From: a virus
Reading direction: 5' to 3' (one strand)
Length of the DNA: 64,000 nucleotides
Virus record (IMG/VR): IMGVR_UViG_3300044922_000409
Location: 1-64,000 of that record
Shown here: piece by piece, positions 57,619-64,000 of the stretch
Layout of the letters: each line of letters starts with the position of its first letter
Numbering within the stretch: position 1 is the stretch's first letter
Notes under the pieces: model-generated
The model's database searches: none
Seen by the model: the letters and a program-made list of their open reading frames with translations, nothing else
Told to the model about the DNA's origin: nothing
Translations under genes and position numbers: made by a program

Positions 57619-59130
57619 ATGGCATATGACGTTAGACAATATAACGGAGATCCGGCAGCAACAGTTGAAGAAGGTACCATAAATTCTAAGTTTGACATTA
57701 GGTTAGTTGGGAAAAACTACGCAGGCTACGGAGAAACGCAGAATACAAATTTTATTCATTTATTAGAAAATTTCTCTAATAACACTCCACCTCCTAAAGC
57801 TACAACCGGCCAAATTTGGTATAATAGTGCTGATCAAAAATTACAATTCAATGCAGGCACGATGTCATTAAAAGAATGGCATACAATCGGGTCAGTTGAA
57901 TCATCTGTGATTGCACCGACTACATTAAAGGTTGGCAATTTTTGGTGGGATACTACAAATAGCCATTTATATTGTAGAAGTGCAGTTGGTACTAATATAT
58001 TCATCGGTGGTGATACTTCAGGAATTATTACACAAATGAAGTCACGTACTGTTACTGCAGTTGGCGGAGCAACTCACGAAATAATCGAAGCAATGGTAGA
58101 TAATACTACTATTTTTATTATTAGTAAAGATGCAGATTTTACGTTAAACACAGAATATAATGATATTTCAGGATTTACACATGTATATCCGGGTATCACA
58201 TTATCTAACATAACAGGAGTTAAATTTAATGGCACTGTTACTAATTCGGAACAGCTTGGCGGGATCGAAGCAGACAAATATATTAATAATGTTACTCCGG
58301 TATTTCCAGTAATTGCAAAATTTGCCGATGCAGGGATATCAATCGGAGCAACTGAAACATTGTTCATTTATAGTGATTTAGGAATTCCTACTATTAATAA
58401 TGGAGTATCTGAAAAAATAGTATTTAACACAACAACCCTTGCTGGATCAGCTATTGCAATGGAATTAAACGGTGCTGATATACTACCAGGTACTGTTGAT
58501 GTTTCTAATTTAGGATCAATTGGTTCACAATTTGATACAGTTTATGCATCGACATTTACAGGTAATGCAGCTTCGGCAACTAGTGCAGCAACAGCCGCGC
58601 AGGCTGATTCAGTATTAGCAGGAACAACGTATCGTACTGCATCAGAAACTATTGCTGCTGGTACTATTGTAGCAAGAACTTCATCTGACTCATTAGTTAA
58701 CGGTACAAATCTTACTGCAGGATCAATTAATGCAAATTATTTTGTAGGTATTGCAACACATGCATTAGCAGCTGATTTAGCAGAAAAGTATGTAGCTGAT
58801 GCCAAATACGAAACTGGCACAGTGTTAATGATTGGCGGCGAACAAGAAGTAACTGCTGCGCAAGGTGGATATCGCGCACTAGGTGCAGTATCGGAAAATC
58901 CAGCGTATGCAATGAATACGGGATTAGTTGATGGTACATATGTTGCATTAAAAGGCCGAGTACCGGTTAAAGTTATAGGTATAGTTAAAAAAGGTGATCG
59001 ATTAATTGCTGCAGATACCGGAGTTGCATCGTCGTTGACATTGTTAGAACATGCAGGTCTTGTTTTTGCAATTGCACTCGAAGATAACAATGATACGGAT
59101 ATCAAACTGGTTGAAGCAGTTATTTTATAA
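57619..59130 (+). CDS. Fibre/spike protein with a C-terminal intramolecular-chaperone (peptidase G2-like) domain
   Basis: Same N-terminal LVGKNYAGYG...HLLENF domain; C-terminal ADLAEKY...GTVL.IGG..EVT...VALKGRVPVKV.G.VKKGD. Confidence 0.75.
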   Translation: MAYDVRQYNGDPAATVEEGTINSKFDIRLVGKNYAGYGETQNTNFIHLLENFSNNTPPPKATTGQIWYNSADQKLQFNAGTMSLKEWHTIGSVESSVIAPTTLKVGNFWWDTTNSHLYCRSAVGTNIFIGGDTSGIITQMKSRTVTAVGGATHEIIEAMVDNTTIFIISKDADFTLNTEYNDISGFTHVYPGITLSNITGVKFNGTVTNSEQLGGIEADKYINNVTPVFPVIAKFADAGISIGATETLFIYSDLGIPTINNGVSEKIVFNTTTLAGSAIAMELNGADILPGTVDVSNLGSIGSQFDTVYASTFTGNAASATSAATAAQADSVLAGTTYRTASETIAAGTIVARTSSDSLVNGTNLTAGSINANYFVGIATHALAADLAEKYVADAKYETGTVLMIGGEQEVTAAQGGYRALGAVSENPAYAMNTGLVDGTYVALKGRVPVKVIGIVKKGDRLIAADTGVASSLTLLEHAGLVFAIALEDNNDTDIKLVEAVIL

Positions 59131-59144
59131 ACAAAGGAAACAAT

Positions 59145-62100
59145 ATGGCAACACCAATTACAGCATTACAATACAATACAGTTCAATCTAAAATAGCTAA
59201 AATTTTAGGTGAAGGAACTGGGGATTATGGATACGGTCAGATTGTATTAAGCAATCCAATTTCAGAAGGTGACGTATTTACTTTTGAAATGTTTGATAGT
59301 TTAAAAACTGACATTTTATCTGCAAGACAACATCAAATTGGCCGACTAATACGTCCACCGATCAGTGAAGTTCCTGCAAATGGCTTAATAACCGCTGCTC
59401 AATTTATACAATATACATCAACTTCGGGGCTAGTAGAGTCAAATAGATTAGTAACTCCGCCTAGCTCACAAGCTGTGCGTGAGGTAATAACATCAACTAC
59501 ATTAATTGACCCATGGAATAATGTTACTACTCACACAGTTGAATTGTCATTTGAATCTGGTGCTGCAATGAGAGCGTATTTCAATACTGGTAGTACTATT
59601 GAATTTTCAGCTTCTAGAGCAGGAGGAGGAACAACTACAAAAAATACATCATGGACCAATATGTTAGCGGCAGTAGGAGTTGTTAGTTTCAAGCGTTCAG
59701 CAACTACTTCAACTAAATCAGCTGGTACTGCAAACGGTTATACTGCATTAATGGCACAACCAAGTACTCCTATTAAAATATTTCAAAGAACTGTTACTGA
59801 TGCATTTAAACCAAATTATTATTCGATAACTGCACAGTTGACTGAGTCACTTGGAGATGAGCCACCTGCTGGCATTACATTTACTATTGAATTTTCAGAC
59901 AATTCAACAGCTGGATTGGATATCAACGTTACTGGAACTTTAACTAGTACAGTAAGGGTGTATCGTGCAATGGGAATATTTACAACACCGGATTCAACAA
60001 TGTTATCGTTTGAAGCACCGTCACCTACTCCTACTATTGACGAGTTACAAGGTGGCACAGCACTTCCTACATATTCACTTATAAGAACAGGTGCAACACA
60101 AATTCATGAAGGTGATAATGTTCCGGCTTCTTTTTATGTTTCAACTTTTAATGTTGACGACGGTACTGAGTTATATTGGACTGTTAGCGGGTATGGTATT
60201 TCTGCTAGTGATTTTGAAGATATTGATTCAATTACGGATGTTCCGTTTACTATTAATACAAATTCGTCACTACCTCTTAATTTTTACGCTGCTGCTGATT
60301 ATTCTACTGAAAAACTTGAACGGTTTAATTTGGAAATACGAACTGCACCTATGTCAACTAGTCCAGTAGTTGCTAATATTTCAGCATCACTTCAGCAAAT
60401 AACTGACGATTCAAGAAACCTAGCTCCAGTAGCAGCGTTGGCAAGTTATAGATTTATATCACAAACGATTACTTCTGTAAAAGAAGGATTTAATGCAACA
60501 TTTACAATTGCTGCTACCGGGATAACAAAACCTGTAGAAGTTACGTGGAAAATAGTAGGTATTCTCGGTGAAGTTACTGGTACTGATTTTTCTGGTATCG
60601 CTAGTAAACTGACAGGTACATTTAATATTACCAGTACATTTACGTTAAATTTATTAACACTTAAAGATGCATTTGTTGAACCAGATGATGCATTCCAAGT
60701 TGAAATATACGTTATGGAAAATAATGCATTAACATTAAAAGACACTAGCGCAACAATGTCAATTGTTGATACAACAGTAGTTGTACCAGAAGGGTCGTGG
60801 TCAGTATCGTCAAACAGAATAACATCGATTGCTGAAGGTAACACACAAGGGGTTCAATTTACAGTTACTACACCGACTAGTGTTAAAAATAATACAAAAT
60901 TATATTGGAAAGCAGTACTTACGTCGGCAAATGGTGTGTTAGCTGATGCTGATTTTAAAAACACCGGTGGCATTGGTATCGGCGGAACAAACTCTAGTTA
61001 TATTTTTGTTACTAATAATACTGCTACACTTACTAGATATGCAGCAAATGATACGTTTACTGAAGGCACTGAAAGTTTTGCAATTGAATTTTATATGGAT
61101 ACTAGTCCTGCATCTAACGCACCGTTTACTTCAGATAGATTTGTAGTTTCTAGTCCAGTAGTTGATGTTACAGAAAAAGATACGTATACCATATCACCTC
61201 CGTCAACAATAACTGAAGGTAATACAACTGGTATGACATATACTGTAACTACTCCGTATATGGAAAAAGGTTCATTGTGGTGGTTTATCCCAACAAGTCC
61301 TACTATCACTGCTGACGATTTTAATGCAATGTATGGTGAAATTCCGATTATAAATAGCACCGGAACCTTTACTATATATGCAAAAGATGATGGTCTAATT
61401 GAAGGTAACGAAACATTTAACGTAGTAGTAAGGGCAACATCAGTTGCAACTGATGCTATATTAATTTCAAGTTTAAATTCAACTGTAATTGAAACAGACG
61501 TTTATACTATTGACACTCAAGGAGTTGCATCTATTGCAGAAGGCGGTACACGTATTGATTTTGCTATAACTACTCCAAAAATGAGTTCGGGTTATGTATT
61601 TTGGACGTTACAATCTGATTCTGGTGTAGTTGATAAAGACGATTTTGCAGAAGGTAAAACTTCAGGTCAAATTTCAATTACTAATAATTCAGGTTCGTTT
61701 TATTTAACAGCATTAGCTGATGGCAAAACTGAAGGTATAGAATCATTTCATATTGTTTTACGTACTGGATCGATTACTGGCCCTATAAAGAAAATTAGTG
61801 ATATTATAACAATTACAGAAGTTGTTAAATACAATGTTAATGCCGTTACTACGTCAATTACTGAAGGCGTAACTGGTACAATATTTAATATTACTACACC
61901 AAAAGTTGCCGATGCTACAGTATTACGGTGGGAAGCAGTTGCAGTTACTGGCGCACTTCAAACTACTGATTTTATAGTAACTGATTATGCACAACAAGCT
62001 ACGCAAGCTACTTCAGGCACAGTACGCGTTATGAACAATAAAGCATCGTTTATAATGAATGCTAGATCCGATAGTACAACTGAAGGTGCTGAATCATTTC

Positions 62101-64000
62101 AAGTAGCGTTATTTGATGCAGACGGCAATGATCTAAATAGCCGCAGTCAAATTATAACATTAAATGAAATTATTAATTTTAGTATTTTAACACCGGTAGT
62201 AAATGGCTCATCTGTTACTTCGTTTGATGAAGGCACAAAATTAGCATTACAAGTTTACACTCCAAAACGTGATAAAAATACTCCGCTATACTGGAAAGTA
62301 GTTCGGTATTCTGGAACAATTACATTTGATGCAGCATCTGGTGCAATACCGCCTAATGACTTTGACGGTGCATGGAATGGCACAGTGTATGTTGATGGCA
62401 ACAATCATGCAGAAATTATTATTGGTATAAGTAATGATTTGTATAGTGACGGGGTTGATGTATTTAGAGTTGAAGTAAGAGAAGTTTCAACATCAGTATT
62501 ACCTGATGCAGTCACTTTGCCAATTACTATTACTGATACATCTGGTACTCCGGCTGTTATTGTACCAGATGCCCCAAAAGTTCTTACTATTACACCTAAA
62601 GTAAACAATGCTGCAGCAACGTCTGTGTATGAAGGAGGTACTATTACATTTGAGGTTGCTACTGCAAATATTCTACCAGCAAGAGATATTTACTATTCAA
62701 TTTATGGCGGCGCTGGTCTAGCAGACAACGACATTGTTGGTGGTTTAAATAGTTCAGTTGCACTTCACGTAAATTCAAGTGGTATTGTAAATATTCCAAT
62801 TGTAATAAACACCGACGTGTTAAGTGAAGCTGCTGAATTGTTTATGCTTCAAATTATTTTAGATGAATCGACTAATTCTCCAATTGCTATTTCTAAAGCA
62901 GTTACTATTACTGATGCGTTACAATACAGAGTTTCGCCATCGAAAGTTTCAGTGTTAGAAGGCGAGTCAATAAAACTTAATTTTTATACACCACCATCTG
63001 CATTTAACACTAATATTAGATGGAATATTGATTCTGTAACAGTTGGAAGTTCAAGTGCAGTAACAGCTGAAGATTTTGATGTAACTTCTGCATCTGGTAC
63101 ACTGTACGGCACCGTATTAATTGATTCAATTGGTTATGGCAGTGTTACATTAACACCAGTGTCAAACGACGCAACTGAAGGTGCTGAATATTTTACAGTA
63201 TCATTATCTACAACAGCCGGTGCGCCGATTGCACTTGGAGTTCCATGTCCACAAATAAAAATTAGAGAAAATATTGATTACAGTTTATCAGTATTATCTA
63301 CTCCAATGGATGAAGGCGGTTCAGTTAGAACATTTACGTTTACTACGCCAAAGATGGCAGATTCTACGTTTACATATGAAGTTATTCAAAAATCCGGAAC
63401 TGTTACATATTCTGATTTTGAAGAAACTAAAACTCTAACATCTGGACCAATTGGAAACTCATTTACTACTACTAACAATACTGGCACATTCCATCTTCAA
63501 GCTCGATCAGATAACTTTGTTGAAGGAAACAATGATTCATTTGTTGTAATGATTTATAAAAATGGAAATCCAGTTGCAATTACACCTGAATGTCCGCAAA
63601 TTTATATACATGAAACTGGCGCATATAATATTTCAGTGATTGATAATACATCAACATTAGTACCCGGCGGAGTAGTAAAATATAAGATCACAACTCCATA
63701 TTATGATGATGCTACTAAACTTTATTGGGAAATATTGCCGTATCAAAGCTCAGTTATTGGAGTTAACGACTTTGTAGAAACAAAGTCAGCTAATGCATTA
63801 ACTAATTATGTAACATTATATTCAAATGAAGGATATTTTACATTACAAGCAGCATCTGCGTTTAATAAAGGCAATACGCCATTTGTAATTCAACTACGTA
63901 CTGGATCAGCAACTGGCTCTATTCAAACATTAGGGGCTGCTTGCCCGGTTGTTACTATTACACCGCTGCAAGTATATAGTATATCTGCAAACGGTAATAA
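59145..64000 (+). CDS. Very large virion protein with at least 11 tandem Calx-beta-like repeats; truncated at the window edge and absent from the ORF track
   Basis: ATG at 59145 after AAGGA; by my manual translation the frame stays open to 64000 (>1600 codons). N-terminus MATPITALQYNTVQSKIAKILGEGTGDYGYGQ; repeats of the form SIxEG..F.VTTP...LYW...DF...D..TEG.E.F.V.L. Confidence 0.85.
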   Translation, partial: MATPITALQYNTVQSKIAKILGEGTGDYGYGQIVLSNPISEGDVFTFEMFDSLKTDILSARQHQIGRLIRPPISEVPANGLITAAQFIQYTSTSGLVESNRLVTPPSSQAVREVITSTTLIDPWNNVTTHTVELSFESGAAMRAYFNTGSTIEFSASRAGGGTTTKNTSWTNMLAAVGVVSFKRSATTSTKSAGTANGYTALMAQPSTPIKIFQRTVTDAFKPNYYSITAQLTESLGDEPPAGITFTIEFSDNSTAGLDINVTGTLTSTVRVYRAMGIFTTPDSTMLSFEAPSPTPTIDELQGGTALPTYSLIRTGATQIHEGDNVPASFYVSTFNVDDGTELYWTVSGYGISASDFEDIDSITDVPFTINTNSSLPLNFYAAADYSTEKLERFNLEIRTAPMSTSPVVANISASLQQITDDSRNLAPVAALASYRFISQTITSVKEGFNATFTIAATGITKPVEVTWKIVGILGEVTGTDFSGIASKLTGTFNITSTFTLNLLTLKDAFVEPDDAFQVEIYVMENNALTLKDTSATMSIVDTTVVVPEGSWSVSSNRITSIAEGNTQGVQFTVTTPTSVKNNTKLYWKAVLTSANGVLADADFKNTGGIGIGGTNSSYIFVTNNTATLTRYAANDTFTEGTESFAIEFYMDTSPASNAPFTSDRFVVSSPVVDVTEKDTYTISPPSTITEGNTTGMTYTVTTPYMEKGSLWWFIPTSPTITADDFNAMYGEIPIINSTGTFTIYAKDDGLIEGNETFNVVVRATSVATDAILISSLNSTVIETDVYTIDTQGVASIAEGGTRIDFAITTPKMSSGYVFWTLQSDSGVVDKDDFAEGKTSGQISITNNSGSFYLTALADGKTEGIESFHIVLRTGSITGPIKKISDIITITEVVKYNVNAVTTSITEGVTGTIFNITTPKVADATVLRWEAVAVTGALQTTDFIVTDYAQQATQATSGTVRVMNNKASFIMNARSDSTTEGAESFQVALFDADGNDLNSRSQIITLNEIINFSILTPVVNGSSVTSFDEGTKLALQVYTPKRDKNTPLYWKVVRYSGTITFDAASGAIPPNDFDGAWNGTVYVDGNNHAEIIIGISNDLYSDGVDVFRVEVREVSTSVLPDAVTLPITITDTSGTPAVIVPDAPKVLTITPKVNNAAATSVYEGGTITFEVATANILPARDIYYSIYGGAGLADNDIVGGLNSSVALHVNSSGIVNIPIVINTDVLSEAAELFMLQIILDESTNSPIAISKAVTITDALQYRVSPSKVSVLEGESIKLNFYTPPSAFNTNIRWNIDSVTVGSSSAVTAEDFDVTSASGTLYGTVLIDSIGYGSVTLTPVSNDATEGAEYFTVSLSTTAGAPIALGVPCPQIKIRENIDYSLSVLSTPMDEGGSVRTFTFTTPKMADSTFTYEVIQKSGTVTYSDFEETKTLTSGPIGNSFTTTNNTGTFHLQARSDNFVEGNNDSFVVMIYKNGNPVAITPECPQIYIHETGAYNISVIDNTSTLVPGGVVKYKITTPYYDDATKLYWEILPYQSSVIGVNDFVETKSANALTNYVTLYSNEGYFTLQAASAFNKGNTPFVIQLRTGSATGSIQTLGAACPVVTITPLQVYSISANGN

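Noticed and set aside
59819-62608. Short tracked ORFs at the right end suggesting a fragmented or non-coding region
   Set aside because: All lie within one continuous plus-strand ORF starting at 59145, which the track missed because it has no stop in the window.
1-64000. Stop-codon reassignment as seen in some large phages
   Set aside because: Genes are full length in code 11, and TAA, TAG (gp25) and TGA (gp47, resolvase) all end genes at sensible positions.

Overview
AT-rich fragment of a large T4-like (myovirus-type) Caudoviricetes phage genome, read in the standard genetic code. It has four blocks. (1) 1-23089, minus strand: tape-measure-like gene, portal gp20, two prohead-core genes, protease gp21, scaffold gp22, major capsid gp23, then a long run of Thr/Ser/Gly-rich fibre, adaptor and beta-propeller genes. 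(2) 23151-24199, plus strand: a gp26-like chaperone. Its end carries a T-TTT-TTC slippery site and a 12-bp hairpin leading into an unannotated gp51-like -1 frame ORF. (3) 24196-31997, minus strand: gp55-like late sigma factor, gp47, a freestanding HNH endonuclease, gp46, a resolvase-like nuclease and a bacterial-type RNase HI, followed by a ~690-bp ORF-free gap. (4) 32081-64000, plus strand: baseplate and tail genes (gp54/48-, gp53-, gp27-, gp5-, gp25- and gp6-like, a 4355-aa gp7-like protein, three paralogous fibre genes) and an unannotated >1600-aa Calx-beta-repeat protein that runs off the end. The best candidate for an undescribed system is the module at 25188-26334: perfect sigma70 promoter -> RNase HI -> perfect TATAAATA late promoter -> ~430-nt densely paired, probably pseudoknotted RNA -> AT-rich tract with duplicated 13-mers -> inverted repeats. 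It may be an RNase H-processed RNA-primer origin or a new large ncRNA class. Other notable observations are the probable programmed -1 frameshift in the gp26/gp51 pair, a shared element upstream of baseplate late promoters, and a structured 5' leader at 12383-12440. All family calls come from motif recognition by eye; no searches were run.
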